A stretch of 64,000 nucleotides of DNA from Octopus vulgaris (taxonomy: Eukaryota). Position numbers and translations under genes: made by a program. Below the pieces are notes generated by a model. It ran no database searches. It saw only the letters and a list, made by a program, of their open reading frames with translations, and was not told where the DNA came from. The stretch lies in assembly GCA_951406725.2 (NCBI GenBank), contig OX597821.1, forward strand, positions 5,022,001 to 5,086,000, in the 5' to 3' direction. Shown here one piece after another: positions 41,710 to 54,845 of this stretch. Positions within the stretch are counted from its first letter, which is position 1, and the number at the start of each line of letters is the position of its first letter.

Positions 41710-42157
41710 TGTCTATATTAGCTTTTATCTACTAATGTGGGTATATGTACGTGTGCGTGTATATATATATGTGTGTGTGCGTGTGTGTGTCCATATCTAC
41801 GTGTTTGTACGCATGTGTGTGTATGCATGTAGATCTTTATGTATGTGTATATATATGACTTTATACATGCATGTAAGTAGCATACATATAGATACTTTGA
41901 TGCTGTATATCTTTAGCCTTTTGTTTTTAGACGTATATTTTATGAAGCGTCGATATACGAAACTTGAAGTTTCAGCAGCTTATCGAAATCTGGCTTCGTA
42001 TATAAACACTGATTTATTTACTGATTTCTGAAGCCCTTCGTGTGTACACTAACAGGATCGTACATGCACATCAATATACACACATGTGTGTATATGCAGG
42101 TGTACATGTGTGTGCGTTGTTATTTTCTTTCGACCAACTCATACATCCCCCGTTTTC

Positions 42158-42199
<42 letters not shown>

Positions 42200-42361
42200 A
42201 TTTATATATATATATACATCGAGTCTTTAAACAAATGGGGGGACTGAGAGAAATTATCAATGTTGTTTATATGCTGAGTATATACATGCTATTTACTGAT
42301 ATGACCATATCAGCCAGCGCATACAGACATAGATTCATATATACGCACATACATACACACG

Positions 42362-42396
<35 letters not shown>

Positions 42397-43120
42397 TTAC
42401 ATACACACACACACGCACGCATATTTATATATATATATATTTATATATATATATACGTATACATATATATATGTACATATGTATATATATATATATTTAT
42501 ATATATATATATTTATACATATATATATGTATGTACATATGTATATTTATATGTATATATATATATCATTTTATATATATATATATACAAACCCACACAC
42601 ACACTCGCACACGCATATGTACACTTGTACATATATGTATGTATTTATGTGAGAGTGTATGCATGCACGCATGCATATATCTATGTATTCATGTATGTAT
42701 GTATGCATGTATGTATGAACGCATTGTAGTATTCTCAGCTTGCTTCTGTGATCAGTGAAGAAAAATATGTTATAACTGATATTCATATCTGTAATAGAGA
42801 TTATGGAATCTCTGTTCTATAATACCGGGGATTTCTTAGCAGATTTCCTTCTCGAGATACAGGTCATAACACTATACAATGTGCTTCCTTAGAAGGGATA
42901 TTTTGGTAAACAGCTTATCGACATTCTTCTTCTCTAACGCATATACACTTTCACCTTATAGCACCCTATCGCATACTGTCGCTTTACACAAACGCACGTA
43001 CACGCACATTATACACAAATACATAATACATATATGTATATATATATATATATGTATGCATCTGTGTGTATATGTATGTGTTTGTAAATGTATGTGCTTG
43101 TGTGTTTACAAATATACATA

Positions 43121-43154
<34 letters not shown>

Positions 43155-43416
43155 CATACATAAATATAGAGGTGGATGTATCTATGTATGTATAAGTATA
43201 TGTATATGGATTTGCATATATGATGCTTAAAGTAACTTACTCTTTCAAATATTTATCTTTGTCTCTCCTTTTCTCTCAGCGATCTTTCTCTTTTCATCCT
43301 CTTTCTCTCTAAAATATATACATATATATATATGTGCTTATAAATTTGAGTATGCGCACAACCACACACACATTGACACACACAGACACACACACACGCG
43401 GACACGCACACACACG

Positions 43417-43452
<36 letters not shown>

Positions 43453-43458
43453 CACACT

Positions 43459-43504
<46 letters not shown>

Positions 43505-43748
43505 CAAATGCACGTGTATATATACAGGTGCATACAGATATATGCATATACATACAGATATAGAAAAGGTATATAAAGAAATACGACTGTCTACCTTCAT
43601 GTATTTATGCACACGAACGTATACACGTACGTATGCATCTAAGTATGCATAGGTAGTTATATATATATATATAGATACATATATATATATAGGTAGATGT
43701 GTGTATATATATATATATAAGTATATATATATAGTATATATATAAAAA

Positions 43749-43803
<55 letters not shown>

Positions 43804-43825
43804 ATATGTATATATATAAATGCAT

Positions 43826-43955
43826 AGATAACTCACACTTCCTCTCCTTTTCCTCACTCGCTCCCCCTTTCTATGCATATGTATACATATATTCTTATAT
43901 ATATAAATACATACATACAGCGAGGGAGAAATGGAGAGAAAGTGTGAGTTATCTA
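43826..43955. repeat. short inverted repeat in a TA-rich field
   Basis: TAGATAACTCACACTTCCTCTCC..CTCGCT vs AGCGAG..GGAGAGAAAGTGTGAGTTATCTA. Confidence 0.75.
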
Positions 43956-43997
43956 TGTATTTATATATATACACATATATATATATATATATGTATT

Positions 43998-44039
<42 letters not shown>

Positions 44040-44067
44040 TCACACAGACATGCTTATATGCATACAT

Positions 44068-44116
<49 letters not shown>

Positions 44117-45189
44117 AACACGCATTGGCTCTTGTAAACACACTCACACATGCCTCTTGTTTCTTATTGTAGGGGTTTTCTTTCAATATCCATGGGCTTT
44201 ATATTTGTTGTTGGTTGTTCTTGTTTCTATTGTAGCCGTCGCTGCTGCCGATTCTGCTGCTGCTGCTGCTTACGCTATATCTGTTGTTATCGTCGTTTCC
44301 CTTCTTCTGATTTCCAAAGCATAGTTCCCAAGATAAATGTTCGCTCAAGATTGAAAAATCCCTAAACTGATTCCATAGAGTTTCTTTCTCATTTTCTCTG
44401 TTGATGTTTATTTTTATCCTCATATGTTTTTGTTTTTTTTCTCAATGAGATGCGTTGTCGAGGCTTTAATTTCTTTACATTTCGTTAGGGTATTTTTTCA
44501 TTCTCTGTTTTTTTCATTTCTTTTTCCTTTACCCTTCTCCACAATATGGCTACCGTCAACGACCGGTCTTCTATACTTCAATAACTGTAATCTGTTATTT
44601 ACATCCACGTTCTTATACGTATGAATGTTTGCGTTTTCCTGAAGCTTATACCTCTAAATTTAGCAGCTTGAAAATCGATTGCTGTTTGAGATAACAGATT
44701 TTTATCATCGCTGCTAGAAACAAACCTCGAATATGTGTTTACGCCGTAGGATGTAAAATAGCCTATCTGGTCACACACCGACACAAACAAACACACATAC
44801 TCACACGCACACACACACATACACACAAACACACACATGCACAAACAAGAAGTTTTTTAAAAAAACGGGTTTGATTTTAAACATTACTTGTATCTTTTAG
44901 CAAATCACATTCATGTTTGCCTTCATCGGTTGTTGTAAAGTTTGATGCTTTGACAAACATAATGTACAAGTCAAGTAGGGATTCTCCACGTGTTTGCTGC
45001 TTACTATGCTAAATATAGTAACTGAATCAACCTCAAAGCATTACGCTGCTGTTTTAAACAAACTGTAAAATCATTTATAGGTTTTATTTATCTTTTTATT
45101 TTTACTTCTTTAACTCATTGGACTTCGGCTTTGCTGGGGCACAGTCTTCAATAGTGTAATCGGACAAAGTAACCTCTGTTCTATATTTA

Positions 45190-45358
45190 AGAAATGAGGA
45201 ATTATGTACATTATTTACTTTATTTACATTTCACGGATATTTGTCTTCATCTAGTTTGTTGTTAACACAACTTTTCGGCTGATCTACCCTTCAGCCTTCA
45301 TCAGGTGTCTTGGGGAAATTTTGAACCTGGGTTCAAAAGGTATTTTTCGATGTTGTTG

Positions 45359-45396
<38 letters not shown>

Positions 45397-45478
45397 ATTA
45401 TTTAGGTCACTGCCTGGAATCGAACTCGGAATCTTGGGGTTAGTAGCCCGCGCTCTAAACCACTACGCCATATGCTCG
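45190..45478 (-). mobile_element. tRNA-headed element with internal (AAT)n and a downstream hammerhead motif
   Basis: Head 45404-45475 (A-box TGGCGTAGTGG, B-box GTTCGATTCC), then (AAT)n/(AAC)n, then hammerhead 45264-45309. Confidence 0.7.
45264..45309 (-). ncRNA. type I hammerhead motif (extra A after A9; C15.2 mutated in this copy)
   Basis: GACAC-CTGATGA-A-GGCTG-AAGGGTAGAT-CAGCC-GAAA-AGTT^GTGTT; 5-bp stem I, 5-bp stem II. Confidence 0.6.
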
Positions 45479-45544
45479 TGGGTATATATGTGTGCGTGAG
45501 TGTCTTTTTGACTGTCTGTGTTTCTGTGTGAGTGTTTTTTCATG

Positions 45545-45741
45545 TATCTCTTACTTGCTTCAATCATTAGATTACGTCCCTACTGGGGTAGCACCTTGAA
45601 GAATTTTTAGTCGAATGAATCTGCCTCATTACATATTTTCCTATATTCTTAACATTGGTAATTTTTTATTGGTTATTTTTTCTTTCCCCGAACTGCTAGG
45701 TTAGCGGAACACACACACACACGCACACACACACACACACA

Positions 45742-45820
<79 letters not shown>

Positions 45821-45915
45821 ACTTGCAAATTTTTGCTCGAACCGAGGCTATAGAAGAAAACAGTTGCCCAAGGTGCCATATAATGAATCTGAAACCGAAA
45901 CCTTGTGGCTTAGAA
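45545..45915 (-). mobile_element. degenerate copy of the 20901-type SINE
   Basis: CTTACTTGCTTCAATCATT..GAACTGCTAGGTTA..GAGGCTATAGAAGAAAACAGTTGCCCAAGGTGCCA. Confidence 0.6.
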
Positions 45916-46087
45916 GAAATATGTGTGTGTGTGTGTGTGTGTACGAGTGCGTGGGGGTGTATGCACTAGTGCATGTGTGTTTGTGTATGTATGAGTGCGT
46001 GTGTGTTTGTGTATGCGTGCGTGCCCGACAGGTTACCAACTCCCAAATTCACCCAGAAAGCATTGTTAATCCTGAGGTCATAGTAAG

Positions 46088-46442
46088 TGTGGAGGCGCAT
46101 GGCTCAGTGGTTAGAGCGTCGAGCTTACGATCGTGAGGTTGTGAGCTCGAATCCCGGACCGGGCTGCGTGTTGTGTTCTTGAGCAAGACGCTTTATTTCA
46201 CGTTGCTCCAGTTCACTCAGCTGTAGAAATGAGTTGCGACGTCACTGGTACCAAGCTGTATCAGCCTTTGTCTTTCCCTTGGATAACACTGGTGGCGTGG
46301 AGAGGGGAGGCCGGTATGCATGGGCGACTACTGGTCTTCCATAAAAAAAAAAAAACAACCTTGCCCAGACTTGTGCCTCAGAGGGTAACTCTCTAGGTGC
46401 AAACCCATGGTCACTCATGACCGAAGGGGGTCTTTACCCTTT
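46088..46442 (+). mobile_element. full-length tRNA-derived SINE (CORE-like central domain) with 7-bp TSD
   Basis: A-box TGGCTCAGTGG, B-box GCTCGAATCC; GTGTTCTTGAGCAAGACGCTT core; TAGTAAG at 46081-46087 and 46443-46449. Confidence 0.85.
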
Positions 46443-46689
46443 TAGTAAGAGACACTTCCCTCAAGTGACACGCAGTAGGACTGAACCCGAGGACAGCATG
46501 TTTCGAATGCAAGCTTCTTAACCACAAAGCCTTTCCTGGGACATTGCTTTGGACTTAGGTTTGACGGTTCGAGTATTATTCGAAACTTAAAGGCAGACAA
46601 ATGTGAAACTAATCCGGCTGACATTTCTTTTTGGGATGCCATAGATACTTTATAATAAATACACACACACACACACACACACACATGTA

Positions 46690-46902
46690 TGTTTGTAGTT
46701 CTGTGTCTGTCACCCCACCATCGCTTGACAACCGAGGGTGGTGTGCTTACGTCCCTGTGACTTTGTTGTTCGGCAAAAGAAACCGATAGAATATGTATTA
46801 CGCTTACAAAGAATACGCTCTGGAGTTGATTTCTTCGACTAAAAAACGGTGCCCCAACATGTCCGCATTCAGATGACTGAAACAATTAAAAGAATAAAAG
46901 AA
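46690..46902 (+). mobile_element. 3' half of a 20901-type SINE
   Basis: CGCTTGACAACCGA..TTCGGCAAAAGA.ACCGATAGAAT..CGGTGCCCCAACATG..GACTGAAAC. Confidence 0.7.
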
Positions 46903-46940
46903 TATATATGTAGGTGCATATAAATATATGTGTGTGTGTA

Positions 46941-47000
<60 letters not shown>

Positions 47001-47029
47001 TCTTTCTCGCTCTCTCTCCTCTATCTACC

Positions 47030-47061
<32 letters not shown>

Positions 47062-47126
47062 AAAAGATATAAATGTATATATATATATAAAGATATATAC
47101 ATATATATGTATGTGTGTGTGTGTAA

Positions 47127-47510
47127 GCTGTATGGTAAGATGCGTGCTTCCTATTTACATGGTTTTTGGGTTCAGTCCCACTGTGGGGCACTTTGGGCAA
47201 GTATCTTCTACTATAGGCTCGTGCCGTCCAAAGCTGTGTGAGTGGATTTGGTGAGCGTAAATAGAAAGAAGTCCGTCGTATATGCATAGGTCTGTGTATT
47301 TGTGTTTGTATAACACCACCACTTGAGAACCGGTGTTGGTTTGCTTACGTACCCATAAATTAGCGGCTTGGTTTCAGAGACCGATAAAATAAGTACCAGG
47401 CATAAAAAATGTTATGTTCTTGAGTCGATTCATTCCACTAAAGCTCTTCAAAGTGGTCCCTAGCATGGTCCCTGTCTAAAGACTGGTGCAAAACAAGTAA
47501 AAGAATGAAA
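47127..47510 (+). mobile_element. 20901-type SINE, near full length
   Basis: GGTTCAGTCCCACTG..TTGGGCAAGTATCTTCTACTATAG..CTAGCATGG..AAACAAGTAAAAG. Confidence 0.75.
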
Positions 47511-47533
47511 GACTACATACATATAAATTTATA

Positions 47534-48057
47534 CAGGTCGTCGTAGACTTACGACCTATCCGACTGAGGATCGTTCGACTTTACGACGATTGGCGCGCCA
47601 GCTACCGGCAGCAGTAATAAACAATTTAGTTGAAATCTAATGGGTTTAATTTCTTAGAAATTAACCCCAGTAGATTTGAACTGGATAATGAGGTCATTCG
47701 TAGATGGGTTAATTTCTAAGAAATTAACCCATTTACGAATGACCTCACAAACAAACAACATCGAATGTATGCAACCAAACACCAGTCTACGATCAATTTT
47801 TATGTAAGTTTTGCAACTCATTCTTACACTAGATTGTGTACTGCTCGTATTCGCATTCTCTGGTACTTTTCTATGAACAAATAACACTTTCGTAGTATAA
47901 TACAGAATACTCTGTGTGACTTTACCCTCAGAATGAACCTTAAGAATTTAAAAATATAAAACAAAGATATGTAGGCCTCTAGGCCAACTTACGACCAAAT
48001 AGACTGACGAGTAGTCAGTGGGAACTAATTGTGGTCGCAAGTCAACGACGACGACCT
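47534..48057. mobile_element. Tigger/pogo-like non-autonomous DNA transposon
   Basis: TA-CAGGTCGTCGTAGACTTACGACC ... GGTCGCAAGTCAACGACGACGACCT-ATA; internal palindromes at 47632-47735. Confidence 0.65.
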
Positions 48058-48067
48058 ATATATATAT

Positions 48068-48762
48068 ATATATAAATATAAGAGAGTTAACGATAACTCT
48101 AGTGCTAGAAATAGCTCCTTTTCCTAGTATAGCCACCGAAGATTTTTCCACAGCAGAAACAGCATTACTTTCAACATAAGGGAAGTGAAATACAACAAAA
48201 AGATAGATCAATGCTGAACAATTGTTTCCTTGTCAACATAATATGTAATCATACTCATATATTTGTCTATAATTCATAAGCAGCATTTGTCCTCGATACA
48301 ATTTATCAGACCCATACGGGCGATGAAATACACATGCGGTCTGATCTATTGCATACATAGTTGTGGTTTGGCTTCCCGCCGAACGCATGCCAGGACTCCG
48401 TGGAAAACAATACCGCATACAATATTTGCTGCCGTATGCTTATTTAATAAATTCATAAATGAGGGTGAAAAATTAGTAGACCGCATGTGTATTTCATCGC
48501 CCGTATGGGTCTGATAAATTGTATCGAGGACAAATGCTGCTGATGAATTATAGACAAATATATGAGCATGATTACAGATTATGTTGACAAGGAAACAATT
48601 GTTCAGCATTGATATATCTTTTTGTTGTATTTCGCTTCCCATATGTTGAAAGTAATGCTGTTTTTGCTGTGGAAAAAATCTTCGGTGGCTATACCAGAAA
48701 AAGGAGCTATTTCTAGCACTAGAGTTAGCCGCTTATCGTTAACTCTCTTATATTTATATATA
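48068..48762. mobile_element. palindromic element, ~275-bp arms (48068-48342 / 48478-48762), hammerhead-like motif in each arm
   Basis: Arms are reverse complements with scattered substitutions and a short indel; TA runs at the ends. Confidence 0.85.
48533..48610 (+). ncRNA. hammerhead-like motif (stem II unresolved)
   Basis: AATGCTG-CTGATGA-(~45 nt)-GAAA-C-AATT-G-TT^CAGCATT: 7-bp stem I, palindromic ACAATTGT; the mirror copy 48210-48287 has CTTATGA. Confidence 0.55.
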
Positions 48763-48870
48763 AATTTTCACTGTCTCCCTGGTTTCTGTGTGCTAGGCCA
48801 CTTGGTGTTAAACTGACGGTACTTTTAAATTAATATCTAATTTTTCACCCTCATTTATGAATTTATATAT

Positions 48871-50500
48871 GATTGATTGATTGATTCTAGTTTCAGCTCA
48901 TGAGCTGTGGCCATGCTGGGGCACCGCCATTTGGTGTTGCTACATGGTTTTACTTCACGAATGCTTTTTAGCAACTGCCATTTGGTGCATGAGAGAGTTC
49001 GATGCAGCTGCCCTCATCTGCACCTCCTGCCGTGAAGTTGGTTCATCTGGGATACCTGACAGGAAGAGATCCAGTTTCATTTTAAAGATATCTGCATCCA
49101 CCCCATGCAGGTCTCTTAGGTTCTTCGGGAGGATATTGAAGAGCTGTGGGCCTCGGAAGCCCAGGCTATCACAGTATCTTGTCCTACATCTTGATGGCAA
49201 ATTTTGAGTCCTAGGCACCACGCAGTGGCGCCCAGTTCTGGCATTTGTGTAACTCTCGATGCCAAAGTTTGGGACAAGTGCCTCCAGGATCTTCCAGATG
49301 TATATTATGGCATATCTTTCTCGCCTACGCTCCAAGGAATAGAGTTTTAATCTCTTGAGTCTTTCCCAGTAGCTTATATTCTGCATAGAGGCTATCTTCT
49401 TCGTGTAGCTACGTTGGATCGCCTCAAGTTCTGTGATCAACTTGACACTGGATGGTGACCATAGCTGAGAGCAATAGTCAAAGTGGCTTAGGACAAGTGT
49501 CCTCCAGAGGACCATCGTGGTTTCTTGTTCTCTTGTTCTAAAGGTTCTGAGAATCCATCCGGCCAGTCGTCTACATTTCATTGCCAATTTAGCAACATGT
49601 ACACGAAAGGTTGCGTCATCACTCATGTAAATACCCAGGTCACGCACTGATTGTGCCTCTGGAATTGCAATTCCTTCGGGTCCAGTGTATTCATTGGGTA
49701 TTGCATTTAGTTTTGCATGCTGATAGTATAAGGCTTGAAACTTTCCAGCATTGAACTGCATGCTATTCTTTTCAGCCCACTTGTATATTTTGTCCAGCTC
49801 ACATTGCAGACGTTTAGTGTCCTCAAGGTTCTGTATTGCCTGTGAAACTTTTATATCATCTGCATAACTTGTGATCGTGGCTCTCTGCGTGGCTGAGGGC
49901 ATGTCTGAGAGGGCCATTATGAACAGTAGTTGTCCCAAAACAGTGCCCTGCGGAACACCGCTCACTATTTGCGTGTTAATGGAAGTGGCCCCATTGGCTA
50001 CTACCACCTGACTTCTATCTTTCAGAAAGTCATGAAGCCATTCTCCCAGTTTTCCAACTATGATGAGATCACGCAGTTTGTGACATATCATTCCATGATC
50101 GACTTTATCAAAGGCCTTTGCGAAGTCGAGATATATCAGTTCCACATTTGAGTGGTTGAGCAGTCGTTTCAGCACCCAGTCATAGTGTTGTAGGAGCTGA
50201 GTTAAGCAGCTTCTCCCTGGTCGGAAACCATGTTGGGTGTCAGGCAGCAAGTCATTTTCTTCAAGGAAGGTGATCAGTTTCCTTCTGACTATTCGTTCCA
50301 TGACCTTGCTGATGTGTGAGGTCAGAGAGATAGGTCTGTAGTTCTTGGCCTCCGCTCTGCTACCTCCTTTATGAATGGGGCATATTTTACCTTCCTTCAG
50401 TTTTCTTGGAAGTTTGCCAGCTGCAATGAAGCTCTGAAAGAGGAACTGCAGTGGTCTTGCTAGGACTCTCTTACATACTTTTAGGAGGATTGCCGGGAAT

Positions 50501-50502
<2 letters not shown>
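48871..50502 (-). mobile_element. 5'-truncated CR1-group LINE with (AATC)n tail
   Basis: RT ORF plus short 3'UTR GGCGGTGCCCCAGCATGGCCACAGCTCATGAGCTGAAAC, then (AATC)4; 5' end runs into (TA)n. Confidence 0.9.
48955..50502 (-). CDS. non-LTR reverse transcriptase (ORF2 C-terminal part, 516 codons, no native start)
   Basis: [55 protein letters not shown]; the ORF-track N-terminus (YIYI) is microsatellite. Confidence 0.9.
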
Positions 50503-50534
<32 letters not shown>

Positions 50535-50554
50535 CCGGGAATCCATATATATAT

Positions 50555-50667
<113 letters not shown>

Positions 50668-52393
50668 TACACATATACATAAATATTTACATCCGCAAGC
50701 AATATTCTCTATCTCTCCGGAGATAATAGGCTATCGACGACTTTTGGCCCTACGCAGATGAATATCCTGATTCTCATGGCAAGCTACATCTCCTAAAATC
50801 GCTACATAATTTCTGTGACATTGACTAAATACATAAATCAAAACTTCAGTTCTCATAACTGATAATAGAGTGTAGAATATAAACACTTCCAGAGTAGAAA
50901 TATAAAGAGCGACGCATCACAACAGCATTCACGCTGATCGTCATGTAATCGTTTCCCATCCAGCAGCACTTTTGCCACTCAACACCGATTTCGTTTATTA
51001 CACTTTACATTGGTCTTATTAATTACGTTACTCTCTTTAAAGACGTTTTGATACATGTTTCGTTCCTCCATGTTATATAGTTTACGGTTTTCTTTCCCGT
51101 TTAATATATCTTTCCCCTCATTAACTCCCTCAGAATAATTTATTTTTTATATTTCTCTGACAAATATATCCTGCACTAGATGTTATTCTTTCTTTCTTAC
51201 TCACAGCAAACAATTTATTCCACCTTCTAACCCTCTACACCGAATATATGTCGGCGCAGGCTAACGCTTGGCTAAGCTTTTTCTGTTTATTTTATAATTT
51301 TATTTCTAACTTACTACAGAGAATAACGAATTGCAAAAGATTAAAGAAACGTCAAAATTGTAATAATTCAGCTGTTGAAAATCTACCATATTGAAATAAT
51401 GGATTTTAATACGAAAGATGTTGCTATTCACCAAATCTAATAAATGTTAGCTTTGCTTTTCTTTTTTCTGCATAAGTGAATATATTTCTAACCGATCAGT
51501 TACTGCACCATTGAGAGGAAATTCGTATAATTGGAATTAACAATTAAAGAACCAATCCAGTGATAGATATTTTGATTTCATTTGATCTCGTGTGCAAAAA
51601 TAAATTAAGAAAATATCTTTGATAGCCTCAAAGATAGAGTTATAGCGCATTTTGCTCAGTAATTAATTTTTATTCTAAATAAAGAGTTGTGTCTCCTTAG
51701 GCTGAAAGAAGACACCGATCTTTACGACGACAGACGAGACAAATTAAGATTTTTAAAACCTAAAATAGTTTCATAATGTCTAACAATTGCAGAGTTTATT
51801 TGTAGCTGTATTTTTATTAGTATTGTTATTATTATTCACTGATTTAGATAATTCTATTCTGGAAACAAAATCAGATTTAATAGTTCTGATTGATCCATAT
51901 TTCATATTATTAAAAATAATTCGAGACGCAAAACAAGAAAACTAAAACAAAACAAAAATAAAAGAAAACAAATGAGCGAAACGATTTGTTTCCCAAGGAA
52001 TTTCTGAAATCAATAATATAATTATTGATATCACAGAGATAGGCAATCAAACACACACATGTTTACGAACAAGCATATATGAATCATACGCCATCACATG
52101 TAATGTCCAAAACACTGGTATGCTTCATGAAGCGGGTGTATATATCAAATATTTCCATTAATAAATACGTGTAATTTCTACACAAATACGCAAGCACATA
52201 CATGTGGATATATGTATAAGCACGTATACATACACATGTAATCAGCCAATATATATAAATGTCAGTGTGCACCTCATGATATAAACAGAGAGTAAAAGTG
52301 TCCATATATGTACGTGCGTGTACGCCTGTTTGAAAATGAGAATAAATATATAATATATATATGTTATATATAAAGAGAGAGAATGAGAGATAT

Positions 52394-52426
<33 letters not shown>

Positions 52427-52692
52427 TATCTATATAATTATAAATCCGTATGTGTGAGTATTTATATATATATATATATATTGTATATGAACTTGAATGT
52501 GTTTGTGTATGTGTATGTTTGTGACTGTGTGTGTGTTTGCGTGTGTGTGTGTGCGTGTGCGTTTGTGCCCGTGCGTATGCTTGTGTGTGTGCGTATGTAT
52601 ACACGTTCACATATACATGAGTGGAATAGATTCTATTCGAATGCGTGCGCCCAGATAATTCGTCCAAGATAAACACGACTGCACACAAAATG

Positions 52693-52759
<67 letters not shown>

Positions 52760-52793
52760 CTATATATATGAATATATATACATATATATATAC

Positions 52794-52849
<56 letters not shown>

Positions 52850-54409
52850 GTGTATGTATATATATATATATTCCTATATATATAAACACACAAGCTTAAT
52901 ATTACGCACATACGCGCGCACACTACACCAGCCACTTTCCTATAATCATATATAAATAGAGAAATAGCAAACTGAAAATACATTTGTATAACATATAAAA
53001 ATTTAGATTCGTCAGTGCGTAAATAAACACCTTCAGACACACACACAAACACATATGCGCATGCACACACACATTCACACATACATACAGGTACAGAAAG
53101 CAAACACATATGCATTCTGGCAAAAGGTGGAAAACAATGGTAAAATTTAATGAAGAAATCCTTGAGTAAATATATATTTTTTTACTAATCTTTTTTTCTG
53201 GAAGGTTAGTAAAAGACGTACATTATCTATATATATGTATGTGTGCATATATGTGTGTGTGTATGCGTGTTTGTGTGTTTGGGTGTTTCTGCGTGCATAT
53301 GTGTGTGAATACACATAGATATGGCGAAAATACAGAAATATATAGATTGATAGAGAGAGAGAGAGAGAGCGTGAGAGAGAGAGAGTGAGAGAGAGAGAGA
53401 GAGAGATTGATAGATAGATTGATAAACAGATAGACAGACAGACGGACATACATACATACAGACAGACAGAGCTAGATAGATCGATCGATCGATAGATAGA
53501 TATGTAGATAGTGAGAAAGATAGATACGCAGACAGATTGACATACATGCAGTCAGACAGATAGATAGGGAGACAGACAGACAGACATACAGACAGACATA
53601 CTTATACACGTGGGTGTAACTACATAATAGAGAACATATCAATGTTATATACTCATGTATTCATGCATTTGAGCCTTTCAGTCAAGATTGGAGACCTTTT
53701 GTTATCAACAATCTCCTACTAAAATAAAGCGTATTGTTGGTGGAATACGATTGCAAAACACAGCCTGTAGAATAATATACATACATTCATACATAGATGA
53801 TTTATGTTGTTTTACAATCTTAGCTATTAAATATCTCGTTTAAATGGATATTGCAAAAATATTTTCAAAAATTTCGGTAGCACGTCCTATTTCACCATCT
53901 AAATCTAATATTTTGTTTATCACATGAAATTACTCGTGTATTGTATGTTTAATTATATGCCATATAACGTACACCTCTTTGCATTATGGGTATAATAACA
54001 TTATCGCATCAACAACTTACTGGAGATTTAAAACAGCTGTAAAGATTTAATTATATTCCGAACATGCATGTAGTATCTCAAATGAATAAATTTCTAACAC
54101 TAATAATTATTTGTCCTCTTACCTCTTTGATATGCAAGTGAAATACTTCTAGCGAAGCAATCAGCTTCTGAGGTACTTTATTCTGCTTCAGAAGTTGGAG
54201 TTTAAACGTTGACCTATCCGAGCACTAACTCTCTGTCTAACTATTCTGCGCACACTTTTGCATCTTCACTCCAACTTTTCTATTCAATAGGTCTTTTCAA
54301 CCCAATATTTACATGTTGTTGCCAACAGCTTTATACGATGTGTTTCGAGAATCACTACTCCAAAGAAGATTTCCTCCAAATTTCTAACAATGTTTATTAC
54401 ATTATATAA

Positions 54410-54500
54410 ATATGTGGATGGGAGATGAAGAACATGTATTCATTTATTTATACGCGTCGATGTCCGTATGTGTGTATACACACACATACACATATTTACC

Positions 54501-54592
<92 letters not shown>

Positions 54593-54845
54593 TGTGACTG
54601 TGTGTGTGTGTATATGTTTGTATATATGTGTGTATGCATATATATATTTGACAGCGTAGACAGGCAGACAATCTGGGGCATCTTACGACATTATGGTGTG
54701 CCAGAGAGGATCATGGGCATTTTTCGATTACTCTATGATATATGATTATACATACATAAATGTATATGTGTGTCTGTATATACACACACAGACTTCGACG
54801 CGTACAAATAAATGAATACATGTACTTAATCTCCCATGCACATAT
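54410..54845. repeat. ~100-bp inverted arms (54410-54508 / 54747-54845)
   Basis: CATGTATTCATTTATTTATACGCGTCGA vs TCGACGCGTACAAATAAATGAATACATG. Confidence 0.8.
54647..54739 (+). pseudogene. 93-bp internal fragment of an RTE-type reverse transcriptase
   Basis: FDSVDRQTIWGILRHYGVPERIMGIFRLLYD (follows the KAFD motif in RTE RTs). Confidence 0.75.
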
